DNA of 64,000 nucleotides from Takakia lepidozioides (lineage: Eukaryota > Plantae > Bryophyta). Below, one piece after another: positions 1 through 12,479 of this stretch. A model generated the notes under the pieces. It searched no databases. It was not told the origin of the DNA and saw only the letters and a list, made by a program, of their open reading frames with translations. Made by a program: the position numbers and the translations under genes. Within the stretch, counting starts at the first letter, position 1. Each line of letters begins with the position of its first letter. Location of the stretch: assembly GCA_030704615.1 (NCBI GenBank), contig CM060733.1, forward strand, positions 35,960,001-36,024,000. Direction: 5' to 3'.

Positions 1-34
1 CCTGGATTAGACCATTGAAAGGTTCTCTATCACA

Positions 35-290
35 TCAACCACACAGCATAACAAGGCCTCTGTTATAAGACCCCAAAAGGGCCTGGGCTTTTGGCTGAGC
101 CTCGAGATTTTCAAAGTTGGCAAACTGAGGTACAGGAACAATTCCCTTGATGGATTGGAAGAGGGTGTCTCTCTGGTGAGAATACCCAGGACAGTGAATC
201 AGAAAGTGGATATTGTCTTCAGGCTCCCACACAACGGGCATTTGCAATCCCCCTTTCCTCTCTGTCACTGTTTGCTGTTCAAAGGTAGGC
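35..290 (-). mobile_element. LINE ORF2 C-terminal fragment (Cys/His knuckle) inside an NPC1 intron
   Basis: The translation ...EPEDNIHFLIHCPGYSHQRDTLF resembles the E-D-x-x-H-F-L-x-x-C motif at the end of non-LTR ORF2 proteins. Frameshifted. Confidence 0.5.
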
Positions 291-465
291 TTCCCGCCCT
301 GAGTTTAAATAAACTTTAGAGAGTTCACAGGAGGCTCTGATCCTTCGTAAACAATTGAAAGATAGACGGGGAACAGCACACAGAGAGTCGCGTGTCTCTC
401 TGCTTCCAGTGCTGCATGTATCATACAACAGGAACTTCTAACATTCTAACAGATATGAAACTCAC

Positions 466-2277
466 CTGTGTAGTTTTTGGCACCCCCTCCCACAAAGTCC
501 ATTGCCCGAGTGTTCATGGCTGCAAATTTAACATCCTTGCAAGAATTATAAAACCTTGAACCATACTCCTCTGTCACATAGAAATCAATGCTGCTCACAC
601 TCTCGCCTGCGGGTTCCTGATGAAATAAGTCATGAACAGGTTCCAGGGTCAGCAGGCAGAAGCCAAATAAATGACCCACTGAGACGAAGAAGGAAGATGT
701 AGAAAGTCCACCAGAGGGCCACCAGGGTCCATGTGGCAAGGAAAAAACAAAGATTTTGATTAGAGTACATCAAGTGTCAACCAAACACGAGTCCGCCCAA
801 GGCCCTAGGGACACATGTAGAACAACACTGAACAATGGAAAATGGACAGTAGTACCACTCAACTAGAGAAAGGAGAATACAAAGAGGGAAAATGTGCTTG
901 TTGTACTTTGCTTCCCCTGCCGACATTTCTGTGGATGCAGAAGAGAGAACACATGGGCAAGGGTACAGAGTATGGCGAACTTACCTTATGGATAGATGCA
1001 ACATCGATAAAAAGGCTTTGGTCAGGAGAGCATGCCAGCTCACAGAAAAGGTTCAGAAAGTTGCGGAGGCACGCTGGACAGCCAGTCAAGAAAGGAACAG
1101 CCTGCCACCAGTTGTCACACCAGATTACATGCAAGCTGACTAATTTCCTGAAAGGAAGCATGGCCTGAAACTTAATTGAGATGAAAAGAAATTGAGATGC
1201 TCTAATGTCACTAACCAAAAATTCAATCTGTAGATTCCCTTTGACCATGGCAAGTGCCAACACAGGTATAAGAAAAACTTGAACTATTTGTAGTCTATAA
1301 CAACTGTACACTCTGCCAAGACCACAAGTTCACTTACACTACAGCTAGGGCAGACTTGGTTCAACATAGAAGCTCAATGTTGCTGGGGATTTCACCAAAG
1401 AATTATGGCTGTTCTAGACTTAATGACTGTCAAAGTAGCCCCCATGACAACCCAATACACCGTTAAGGCACAGCATTTCTTGAATTAGCTTTACAGGTAC
1501 TGTAGGCTATCCATCACAGTAAGCAGTATTTGGAAGGATTGTGGCCAATCTCCAAGATACCAAACTCAGACAAGCACCTTCATGGACAAGGTCTATACAC
1601 CTCCTTGCCCATCACCTCTGCTCTTTTCCCTGACTCCCAAAGTCAAAGAATGATGAAGGTAAGGACTTGAAGTAGGGAAATACAAAAATGAAACAGTAAG
1701 AACCTGCTGGACTTGATTACGTAGAACGTCAAATTGATCAGCAGTGCAGCATACATCCCCAGCAATAGTTGGACAGAGACTCTGAATTTTGTATGACAGT
1801 GTCTCACTTGGCTGCCAAAAGCATCCCAAACCAAAGAAATTGTTAGATTGCTGAAAATTGTCTTACTGCCAGTTTTAACAGCCTCACTTCATATACACTG
1901 ATGGTGGAGTTGATGTCTTCAGCAAATTGAGTAACAATTAAAAAAAAAACTGTAAGCCTTTGATTTCAGTATTGTCCCAAAGTCACCAACTATAGTGTAA
2001 TATTGACAAACCTTCCAAAGTATACAATACATGCATGAATATCTATAATAACATGAAAGCCTTGATTCAGTACCATGGAACCGATGAAACCTATCAGCAA
2101 GACATCAATGACACAAGAAACGGAAGCTAACAGATGTTACTTGAGTCATAGCTTCAGCTTAGCAGAGGACTTACAGTGACAGCTGGAGTAGAATACGGAC
2201 AATTTAAGGCTTTCCCATCTTCGCGTGTCCCACATAGATCGTACATTGCACACACATTCTTTCCATGCTTCTCTTTC
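466..2277 (-). CDS. NPC1: Niemann-Pick C1-like sterol transporter, N-terminal exons (2175-2277, 1704-1811, 985-1101, 466-616); gene continues left of the window; start/signal-peptide exon not resolved
   Basis: GT-AG bounded exons splice in frame to KEKHGKNVCAMYDLCGTREDGKALNCP / KIQSLCPTIAGDVCCTADQFDVLRNQVQQ / AVPFLTGCPACLRNFLNLFCELACSPDQSLFIDV / SIDFYVTEEYGSRFYNSCKDVKFAAMNTRAMDFVGGGAKNY. This is the cysteine-rich NPC1 N-terminal domain of plants. Confidence 0.92.
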
Positions 2278-3784
2278 CTGCAAGAGCATGAACACAGCCA
2301 CAGAAAGGGGGCCACACCTGAATACTTGTCACCATTATGGTACAAGAACACCAATCATAGGCTCATCCATGCCATGGCCTTGAAGCAACAACCAAAAGGG
2401 AATACTGCAGCATGTAAAATACCATCCAGGGCCATCCAGGGGCTTCTATTTTAGCTCTGATCACGAATGACACCCCTCTGCTGTACTTGATCTGTTTCAC
2501 TGTCTGTCGTAATTTCCATTCTGTTACTTCATGGAAAAGTCACAGATGTCAAAAAATACTTCAAAAATACAAAACAATGAATACTCACAAGAGGGAGACA
2601 TCAGACTGATGGGAACCATGTGTGTGAAGCGAACATGCCAAGATTGCTGCCTGCAACAATCCAACCTAAGAACCATCAGACACACCATACTACTTCAATC
2701 AAGAAAACAAGGGAAATTACGAGACGGTCCTTCAGTCTCTTTTTACGTTGCTTAGTACTAAAACTGAAGCCACAAATCTTGTAGGAAGAGAAAAACTAAT
2801 GGAAGTGAACAGGAGCCTCTCGTCCCTTCTGAGGGGAGCTTATGCGAATTGGCACATATGAAGACTCAGTGACTACATTGTCGGCCCTGCAATCCTGTGT
2901 TTTAAATTGATTGAGCTTAAGGTAAGTACTGCAACGAATGTAGTTGAACAACGGTAAGGAATCTTCACCTTCTCCAGTGAAAGCAGATGCTAGTCACAGC
3001 TAAGCGAGACAAATTTGATTGAAGGAGGATCTGTCATGGAACTATCTGGAAGTTCAACTAAGAACTTGGAGATCAATGAGGAAACTTAAGAGCGGAGGAG
3101 TGTGCCATGCATACTTTGTCACCCTCCTTGGGTTTACAGTCCTTCAAATTTGTCCAGAATGTCATGTGTCCTTAAAGTTAGAATGGGAAGGGACTCCATC
3201 TTCAAACCTTTCACCAAAACCTCAGCTCAAAGGCGAGGGTTGTTGTTTAATGACCTTTTGGAGTTCATGAGTCATGAACTCACGTATGCTCGCAGTTTGT
3301 GTTTGTGGTGAAATTGCATGAATAATCCCTACAACTAACAAGGCTTTACCATGAAATGAATCAAGACTCCTCGAATTTCTTCCTTTCAGGCAAGTATTTC
3401 TGAGGGGAACTTGACTGCAAGTGTGGGAAAAGTTTCTGCGAATGGCGGGATGATGTACTCAAACAGGATTTATCCAGGAATTTTGTTTTCTGTCATTGTG
3501 AACAAAGTGATTGAACTTCCCTATGTCATTCTTGAAATTAAAAATTCGTTCTCAAAATTTACAATGAAGATCAGGCTCAAGCTGAAAGTATAACAATTCT
3601 TACATCAACTGCAAAACCCCTAAACGTTTGGAGGCGCAGGTTATAAATTCAAATTGCAATCAAGAACATCCGTATTGTCTCTAAACGTTGACTCAACCCC
3701 TTCAACCCCCTCAGCTGTGCGTTGGACTGGACATCTGCTAAACGCCATCTTTGGATCCACGAATAGTATGTCATTGTGACTCTT

Positions 3785-3788
<4 letters not shown>

Positions 3789-3834
<46 letters not shown>
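3789..3834. repeat. Compound (TG)n(AG)n microsatellite
   Basis: About 16 TG units directly followed by about 7 AG units. Confidence 0.95.
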
Positions 3835-5475
3835 GGAGATGTACATACTAGGATTACATTTATTTCGAGTTGCACAAAGGCAGCATTCAAAATGCTGAGC
3901 TCTACTTGAGGAGGGAATTCTGGAGCAAGTGAAACGGTTTGATCTAAAGCTGAGGTCATTGACCAAGATTCCCCTGGCGCCAGAATTGCGCAGGTGATCA
4001 CGTTGGCAAATTCGCACCATTTTAGATCGGGAATGCACTGATGTTCTTCGATATGAAAGACAAAAGAAGGAGGATCCCGTTGCAAAGGAGAATTAGCCGA
4101 GGAGAGTCTTATTGAGGGGAAGAGTGAAAACTGGCCTGCAGAAGTAAAACCGCAATAATCGCCGTCGTAGTCTTGGCTCTTCCCATCGCTTCTGCTTCGT
4201 CGATCTATCTCACGATCATTCACGCAACGCACTCTTAGACTGTCACTCTCAATATATCTGTCGCTTGTAACCGTTACTGGTCCCGTATTCTTCTAGGCTT
4301 CCGTGTTATTTACACTTTAATTTGTCAGACGGTCAAATGCATACCATCCTCTCAGATCAAGAATCACAAAACATCACTTTTGTGACCCCTTCTCCTTCCT
4401 ATGTGGAAGCATTATCCTCGAGGAGGGGCTGAGTCGTGTCGGTGTGGAGATCCACTGTTTTTGTGAGACGTCACCACCATGGCCGCCATAGCCCGTCACA
4501 CTCCCAGCGACGTTCCCGGACTTGTGTACCGTTCCCTTGAACGTTCTCGTGAACACTCGATCTTATTTTTATGTTTTGCTTACCCTACTTTACTTTGTTT
4601 TTATTAAAAAACAGTGGAATTTGACCTAAAATATGGGAGTGCCTCGTCCTCCTCGCTCCCCTTAGCAGCTGTCACCTCTGTCTCCAGTCTCTACTTAATG
4701 CTATTCATTATTTCCCGGCTCTCCTAGCTTCATGGCGTTCCGGTGGCCTTTATGTTGATCTACCCAAGCCCCCGTTCCTGCAGATGTATGCTGCATGCCT
4801 CCCTCGCTGCAGCCTCTCACAAACCACCCAGTGTGCTTTAATGGAGCCAGCCCAGCCTTCAATTCCCCAATACACAAGCCACCGCTTAAGCCTAACGCTT
4901 TAATCCTTCCACAGTGAGCTCCATATGGACTTCCAAAATAGCTGGATCTAGTGATTAATTTAAGCAAGATTCAGCATTCAGATGATCTCCGCCTGAACTC
5001 CTATATATTCCTACGCTGGAGCAAAGTAAGAGTGTTTCGTGTTGCAATCTCCCATCTCATTCTTTTGACCATGGGTCCTCAAGTTTCCCTGAAGTCCCGG
5101 GCCTGTCTGGCAAGAGATGAGGAAACCACTTAAAGAGGAGTACCCAGCCCTTTCCCACCCCTCCCTGTCTTTTTAGGTAGGCAGATTTGAGTCCTAGAAA
5201 CTACAGGCCTTTCATTTTCTTGTCAATGAGTGGATTCTACCCCCAATGCATGACCTTATCGACTAAATCACTGCACAAGTTATGGGTGGTGGTCATTGCT
5301 CAACAGCATATTTAGCCTGGGCATCAAGCATCAGTATGCAGAAGCAATTGGTGAGCTGGGTTACGATCTGGAGGTGCTGGTTGAGCAGGTATATTATGAG
5401 CTCTCCCCATGCAGCACCCTCTTCTCTTCCTATTCTCTTCTCTTCCTTGGGGAGCTCATCAGTTGGTGGTGACCA

Positions 5476-5760
5476 GTGTTGTGAGGGTAAATAGATTTTG
5501 CTTACCCTCTGATTAAGGGTAAATTGAAATGAGAGGATTATTTATCCTCCAGGGTAAGGGTGATAGGTCCACTTATTTATCCGGGTTTCAGGGTAAATGG
5601 TAACTTAGTTGATGATTTATTTATCCTCCGGGTAAAGGGTAACACTATATTCACAAGGGTAAGGATAAATACCGGGTAGACCGTAGGAGTAGATGATTTA
5701 TCCTTTATATACCCACCAGATAAATCAAGGATGTATTGAAGGATATATAGGTTTTCCTGT
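5476..5760. mobile_element. MITE-like element rich in GGGTAA/TTACCC motifs
   Basis: Starts AGTGTTGTGAGGGTAAAT and contains many GGGTAA repeats. A related copy starts AGTGTTGTGCGGGTAAAT at ~19763. Confidence 0.45.
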
Positions 5761-6348
5761 TTGATACCGTAGTACCTTGGCAAGATCGACAATCATATGT
5801 CGAATATTTATTTTATTTTGAGAATTTCATTTCGACATATGGAATATTCCCAAAGATACTTTATTAGCATTCACAAAGCTGCAAAATTTTCAACACTTTG
5901 AAATGCCCCCACATGTGAGCTTCTCTACTGCGAGCTCCCCCCTCTTCTTTTATGTGCTTGACCACTCAGACTGTAAACGGGTATGGACTTTGCTGCTGGA
6001 CAGTGTTCATAAGCAGAAAATCCTGCCAGCTTGGTGGAACTCAGCAGGCATTCCATCCTCCCCACAATCCCTCTCCCTCCTTTCAAAAGCTCTAGCCTGG
6101 GACATATCTGCAGACATGTTTTCAGTTCTTAGAGACGGAGGGACCCACTTTGTACCTTTTCAAAACAATTGCAAAAGAAAAAAGGCAACAATTGTGTTCA
6201 CATGTCAGCTCCCTGTTTTGATCAATCCTCCACCAGGGTTCAAGTGGTTCTCCACCCCACAACCATCCGACATGCGTTCAAAGTATTTCTTCCTCCCACA
6301 ATGGCCATCAAGTCACGCAAAGAGCGTGGGCCTGATAGTCACACCCAC

Positions 6349-6917
6349 ATGAATCTGTCTCTTGTCTCCTGGAATGTGCGAGGTCTCGGCTCTAACCACT
6401 CTGCCCCCAAAAGGGCAAGGGTCAGAGCATGGGCCTCCACTCTGTTACGTGGTTCCAATATTATCTTTCTGCAAGAACACAAATTAAATCTACAAAAAAT
6501 AGCTTCCCTTGGTGCTTGGAAGTTGCCAGTTTAAGCTATAGTCGGGTCTGGAGGGAGCGCACACCATAACTACATACAAGGATGCCAAGAGAAACCTCTC
6601 CACGCTGTTACATGCCAAGGAGCAATTCTCCAGAGTCAAGGCTGGAGTCAATAGGAGCCTTAAAGGGGAAAAGATGAATAGATATTTCTTTGTTAAGGCT
6701 GCGCAGCGGCGAGCTGCGACAATTGTCCTAGCTTTGCGAGATGCAGATGGACTTTTGGTGGATAAGCCAAAAATCATGGCAGAAGTGGCAGCCTCATATT
6801 TTCAAGCTCTGTTTCAAAGGCAAGATCCTTCGCTGCAGAAACAAGAAGCAACTGCAGCCCTGCTGCACCACATCCCCTGCTCGATCTCTCAACTGGACAA
6901 ATCAAATCTGGCGGCCC
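6349..6917 (+). mobile_element. L1-like LINE ORF2, 5' part (APE endonuclease start plus linker), internally deleted and interrupted by the Gypsy element
   Basis: MNLSLVSWNVRGLG...IIFLQEHKL is the APE motif I/II; downstream GEKMNRYFF...YFQALF is the typical L1 linker. The reading resumes after 18826. Confidence 0.85.
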
Positions 6918-7004
6918 TGTCGTGCGCATACATATCGCTACACAACTACATCGCTGTCCAAACCACACCTACACATATATGCACAATAAAGTAGTCTGCC
7001 ACAA
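6918..7004 (-). repeat. Repeat A, terminal copy (87 bp)
   Basis: TGTCGTGCGCATAC...GTCTGCCACAA, identical by eye to 7354-7440. Confidence 0.95.
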
Positions 7005-7351
7005 TGATAAGAAAGCTAAGGACACACACGATGCAAAGCATGAAAACCAAAACCATCACTCTTTGAAATAGTAGTCGAGCCAGGGGCACCCCAAGCTATG
7101 GGGACTCCACCCCACAACAACCTACACTCCCATCATAAGCACTCTCAATCCTAAACGATGCAGGAGCTCGGTCGCGCAGGCTCAACTCGAGAAAGATGAG
7201 CCGCGCGACTGCCTCTCTCGTGAAGATAAGACGGACCAGGTGTCAAACTAAACTTGACACCTGATTTAACACTTGACCTAAATCCAAGTGTTAAATACAA
7301 ATAACTAGTTTTATTCTAGCTGTTTTCACACTGTGCTTATTTAACTTGACA
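7005..7351 (-). repeat. Repeat B (LTR-like, ~347 bp), 3' copy
   Basis: TGATAAGAAAGCTAAGG...TTAACTTGACA, near-identical to 18483-18826 apart from a few small indels. Confidence 0.95.
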
Positions 7352-7353
7352 GC

Positions 7354-7440
7354 TGTCGTGCGCATACATATCGCTACACAACTACATCGCTGTCCAAACC
7401 ACACCTACACATATATGCACAATAAAGTAGTCTGCCACAA
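7354..7440 (-). repeat. Repeat A, internal copy adjacent to the polypurine tract
   Basis: Second copy of 6918-7004, joined to repeat B by a GC dinucleotide (7352-7353). Confidence 0.95.
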
Positions 7441-7450
7441 TCGCCCCCCT
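7441..7450 (-). other. Polypurine tract of the Gypsy-MTase element
   Basis: The minus strand reads AGGGGGGCGA immediately before repeat A (TTGTGG...). Confidence 0.7.
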
Positions 7451-7699
7451 AGCTGGTGGATAGGTCCCTCTACCTCCAGATAGCTACAAGATGTAATAGC
7501 CACAGCCGTACTAAGTCCTCTATCACTGTCCCTATTGTACTCAAACTCTATAGACCAAGAGGCCGGGTACAAGAGTAGCCCCATCGTTAGTCGCCGTCTT
7601 GCAATCTATGAACTTGAGCCAAGATCTCGTGTGTTCAAGGTCTCCTAGTAGCTGGGTCTTGCGTTTCTTGTTAACCTCCCATGGTTGTATCCACTCCCA

Positions 7700-9012
7700 C
7701 TATCCAATGCAATGTGGACATAACCAATCCCCATCCGGAACCATCTCAAGAGGTGGAGTCAAGCATCCCATATGCCAACCTCTAGAGCACCGATCACATA
7801 CCAGCATGGTGGCTGCCCCTTTAGCAGACCCACACAACATGCACCTCAAACCTGCAGATACCACTGCCAGGTTTGGGTCAATCCTGCCATCGACATTCGG
7901 AAGGTGACATGGCGCACAATTACGCACATGGTCCTTCCAAGTGATGCCATCCCGACCCTCCAAGACCAAGACGCCTGAGGGCAAGACCTCTCGAACCCTC
8001 AAAATAACACGTCCTGCAGTCACATCCAGGGTCGTAGGAGCAGTCTGCTGCAGATAGACATAGTCACCAGGGTTGAATCTCCGAACCCCAGGACGATAGC
8101 CCCCACCACGTATGGTAGCATACCTCAACGTATCACGGTGTTGTGCAATGGCAAGGTTCTCGAAAGCCATGGGCATGACTCTCTTGAACAACTCTGCACG
8201 CTGCTCACATGCACGTGCCCACACGTCCGGATCGTCAAGGTTAAGAACTGTAGCAGCTTCTCTGCGAATGGATGTAGGCAAATCCGGCTCTCGGCCAAAG
8301 AGAAGAAAGTATGGTGAGAGAAAGAGGCAAGTGATGCTTGCTTGCTGAACCTGTAGCCCATGGCTAACCAGGGTAACTGAAGGTCCCAATCTCCTAGGTG
8401 TCCCTTCTGCAAGCCATACTTGCGCAAACCCCTCTTTACTGTCTGAACAACTCTCTCTGCCAAGCCATCGGCTTCAGGATGATCCCGAGAAGTGGTGCGG
8501 TGGTCTATCAAGGCTTTGTCACACAAAGCCTGAAACTCCCCCAAGAACTCTCTCCCTTGGTCCGTGAGTACCTCAGCTGGAGCACCGAATCGGCTAAGCA
8601 CACAATCCAGGAATGCATACGCAGCTCCCTCACTAGCCTTATCAGGCAATGGAACCAATTCAATCCACTTGGAGAAGTGCTCCACCATCACCAACACGTA
8701 CTTGTTGTGGCGCATGGTCAGTGGCAACGGCCCTGCGAAGTCAAGACTCCACCTGTAGCCCAATCCCATGATCGGAAGAGGGTGCAATTGTGGAGTAGGG
8801 GCGTTGAATGAAGCACGCACCCTGTCACACACCATGCACCTAGCCACAAAGTGTTGTACCTCTGTGTGCATACCACGCCACCAATACTGCCCCTGCAGTA
8901 GACTATGAGTGCGTCGCACCCCAAAATGCCCCAACTCCTCATGGGCATGCCGCACTAACCGTGCCCGCTGTGTTGGGTGAGGCACAATCCTCACTCGACC
9001 ATCCTCCCACAC
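7700..9012 (-). CDS. DDE integrase with C-terminal PHD finger (one frameshift near 8320)
   Basis: HHCC zinc domain (HEELGHFG...CMVC); core WSLDFAGP, VLTDQGREF, DGLAERVVQT; C-terminal C4HC3 CMLC...LVCDRC...WHMGC...WLCPHC (7703-7849). Confidence 0.92.
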
Positions 9013-10690
9013 TCGGAGCAGGTGTGTCCCCTCCCACCTGAACCTCTGGCTCGTTGTAGGATCCGATCCCTCTCCTTGGCAGTCATAGTGGCTGCCGTGT
9101 CTCCACTGCGGAGGTAGTCCAACACAACTGAATCCTCATGTATATCTTTGGCGCCACCCTGCTCATTGCTGGCCTCAGGGTCCTCAGACACTTGATCTAC
9201 AGTCATCCCTGTTGTAGGTCCAACCTGGCCTTCCGCTGCCAAGATACACAGAAATGCAGATGCATGCCATCCGGGCACCATCTCCTCGTCCGTCTCACCA
9301 TGCCACCGAGCTCCAGTGTCATCCTGCTGGCTCGTGCATGGATTGCGACTCAACCCATCTGCATTTCGATTGACCAAACCCGGTCGATGCACCACCTGAA
9401 AGTCATACTCTTGAAGGATGAGTGCCCACCGTGCAAGCTTCCCCGTAAGCTTGTCTGACTCCATCAACCACTTGAGTGGTTGGTGATCCGTGACAAGGGT
9501 GAAGAGATTGCCGTATAAATAGCACCTGAAGTGTGCCACGGCCCACACTGCAGCTAAGCATTCTCCCTCATATGAGCTATACTTAGACTCTGCAGCATTG
9601 TTCGAGCGGCTAGCATAAGCCACTACGAACTCTCTTCCCTCATCATCCACCTGTGTGAGCACCGCTCCAAGCCCCAGCATGCTCCAATCTGTATGCAGCT
9701 GAAAAGGACGCCCCCTGATAGGTCGTCTCAAGATGGGCGCCGAGGTCAACCTCGCCTTGAGCTCTTGAAAAGCTTGTTCTTGCTCATCTTCCCACTGCCA
9801 CTCCTGGTCCACCTTGGTCAGCTTGGTTAGAGCCTTTGCAATGGCACTAAATCCCTTAACAAACCGTCTGTAATAGTTTGCTAACCCCATGAAAGCTCGA
9901 ACTCGGCTCACATCCGTGGGGCGTGGAACCTGTGCAATGGACTCTACCTTAGTCTGCTGTACCCCCAATCCTCCAGGATATATCATGTGACCCAGATACT
10001 CAATCTGGTTGTGGAAAAACTTGCACTTGCCCGGATGTAACTTCAATCCGTGCGTCCTCAAGCGCTCAAATACCCCCTGAAGGTGTCTCTCATGCTCCTC
10101 CACCGTAGCACTAAAGATGATGATGTCATCTATGTAGCACCGAGCAAACTCCACCCCTGCTAGAATCCTGTCCATGACTCTTTGAAACTCAGCGGGAGCG
10201 TTTTTAAGCCCAAATGGTAAGAACCGCCACTGGTATAGGCAATCTTCCGTGCTCATTGATCCCCCAGAATGCCGTCTTTTGCTTATCCGCCTCCTTGATC
10301 GGCAACTGGTGATATCCGGATCGTAAATCCAACGTGCTAAAGACCTTGGAATGCCCAATGGCATCAAAGATCTCCTCTGGTGTTGGCATGGCATACCTAT
10401 CGGACTGGTCTGACGATTTACAGGCCGGTAATCACCGCACATACGTCTCTCCGTCCAATTGCCATAGACATCCTTCTTAGCTGGCATCACTGTGGCTGAA
10501 GCATACTCTCCACCAGAGAGCTCCACCAAACCTGCCTCCCAGAGATCTTGAGTCCTCATCTGAATCAAAGACCTCTCCATGTCACTGTATCTATAGGGTC
10601 TCCGAAAGATTGGCGTGTCAGTGGCCAACTCAATACGGATCTCTTGACCCTTCAGTGCTCCCAAGTCCTTCAAACTGAAGGCAAAGCAAT
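8991..10690 (-). CDS. Reverse transcriptase and RNase H (frameshifted)
   Basis: [22 protein letters not shown] (alternate frame), PFGLKNAPAEFQR, YIDDII, LHTDWS, YEGECLAAVWA, TDHQPL. Confidence 0.95.
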
Positions 10691-11124
10691 TCCTGTAAGC
10701 CCTCAGGAACCGCCGTATACGTCGTCTCTCTCCTCCGGTGACAATGGGTCCAATATCAGGCTCCCAATTGTCCTCCGTAACTGCAACCTTAAGTCCAGTG
10801 GGCTTAGAGGTAGAGGACGCGTCCCGTGGTTGCTATGCTGCAACCTCTTGAGCAGTACCCCCTTCCTGCTCAATCAATGACAAGGCCTCATCCTGCCCCA
10901 TCATCTCATCATTGAGAACCTCCTCATCCCGAGAAGAATCCCCAACCTCATACATCACAGCTGCCTTCGCTGCCAACTCCCTCTGAACCTCGAGCACCTC
11001 CCACATGTGCCATGGATGTCTACACCTCGTGGTCCTCACCGGCTCGCCCCCACTCGCTGCCTGTACCGTCTCGGTAGGCAGAGAGACCATCAAGGGAAGT
11101 GCACTCCGCACTCTACGTTGCTCA

Positions 11125-12085
11125 GCCATAGCCAAGCTGACAATCCAGGTCAAGCAATTGAGATCCATTGCTTGCCCCAACACCTGACGACGTGATGCCT
11201 CAGAAAGGGAAGGCACCGCCGTGGTCCCAGTGGAAAAACCCCATAGCCCGCTCTCGCTCGTCGGCATTAGGCTCCACTAACTGCTGCAATTGAGCATCCC
11301 ACAGGAGGCCAGGTCCACCATCCCGAAAAGCATGGGATCCTGGGAAGCTGAGCAGTGTAGGTAATGCTGCTCGTGGTTGACCCACCCTGTTGACCACTGC
11401 CAAAGGCGAACGGTCATCGTGTCTCACACGTTGAGACTGCCTTCCTGTGTCCAAAATGCCATCCACGGTGAGGTGTGCTAGCCGCTGCACCCCATCAAAT
11501 GCACGCTTGAGCAGTGCGGGTGGCATCAAGTTAGTCCACCATAGTCGTGGACGATGAGCCCGTGACCCCACTGCAGCTGCATCCAGCAATACTGCTGACC
11601 CAAGCCACGACCGGACTTGATGCACACTGGCCATCACCCTGGCCCGAGAATCACCCATCAGTGGCACATTCTCCAAGATGTATGCCGGAGATACAGCCTG
11701 ATGAAGCTGCAAGTGGCGCAAAATCCGCACCATCTCCCAAAACAGACCCGTCCTCGAGTCTCGCAATCCATTGCCATGCCCGGCTGATGAATGCCCTTGG
11801 CAGGGCCAACCTGCCACTACCAGATCAATGGAGCCAACCCTGCTCCAAATCCTGCGCCCCCAGCAACGCAATGTCTGCTGGCAAGGCCTGAGTATCCACG
11901 AACTGCAGACACGGCAACAACTCAGGGTGCTGCTGCACCATCTGAGCAACATGGCGCAGTGAGACGCGTCGTGCAGTCTCATCCCTCTCCACATACAGGT
12001 AACGTCGTACTCGTACACCTGCCTGCAAGCACTGCAGCCAATCCAGTGCTGATCCCGCCAAATAAGTCAGAAGGCATATGCCTTC
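11125..12085 (-). CDS. C5-cytosine DNA methyltransferase domain within the retrotransposon polyprotein (split by about four 1-bp indels)
   Basis: Ordered motifs: I DLFGGISTG, II YVERD, III PADI, IV DLVVAGWPCQGHS (catalytic PC), VI YILENV, VIII RAHRPRLWW, IX ERERAMGF, X RRQVLGQAM. Confidence 0.9.
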
Positions 12086-12479
12086 ATCCGGTCGCTGCCA
12101 CACAAGAGGTGTGGTGTCCAATGGCGACAACTGAGGTGGCCCTGGTACAATCACCGCACTCTCCTCCTCTCCTGACGGTACAAAAGCTTTTACCCAAGCT
12201 TGTTGCACCCGTCCATCAGCAGCGTGCTGCAAATCCTTGCTCGTACCCCACAACGGAGTGTGAGCAACCATGGCAGGCAACTCCGCCGTACCATGCATGT
12301 CATCCTGCTCTGCTGGAGGTGGCACATCCTCTGCATGGGCATTGCCTTCCAGCAACTCTCCAGGCCAGCTGACTGCAGCTGTGAAGGCGGCTAGTGTTGG
12401 CATCTTGCCCCGCTGGAGCAGCTGCAATACCCCCAATGAATGTCACAGGGAGCTGTGCACGGCGACCATCCCCTGACTG

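Noticed and set aside
2290-2530. NPC1 start/signal-peptide exon
   Set aside because: A hydrophobic stretch is present but every frame hits a stop before the donor. It cannot be resolved without RNA data or polishing.
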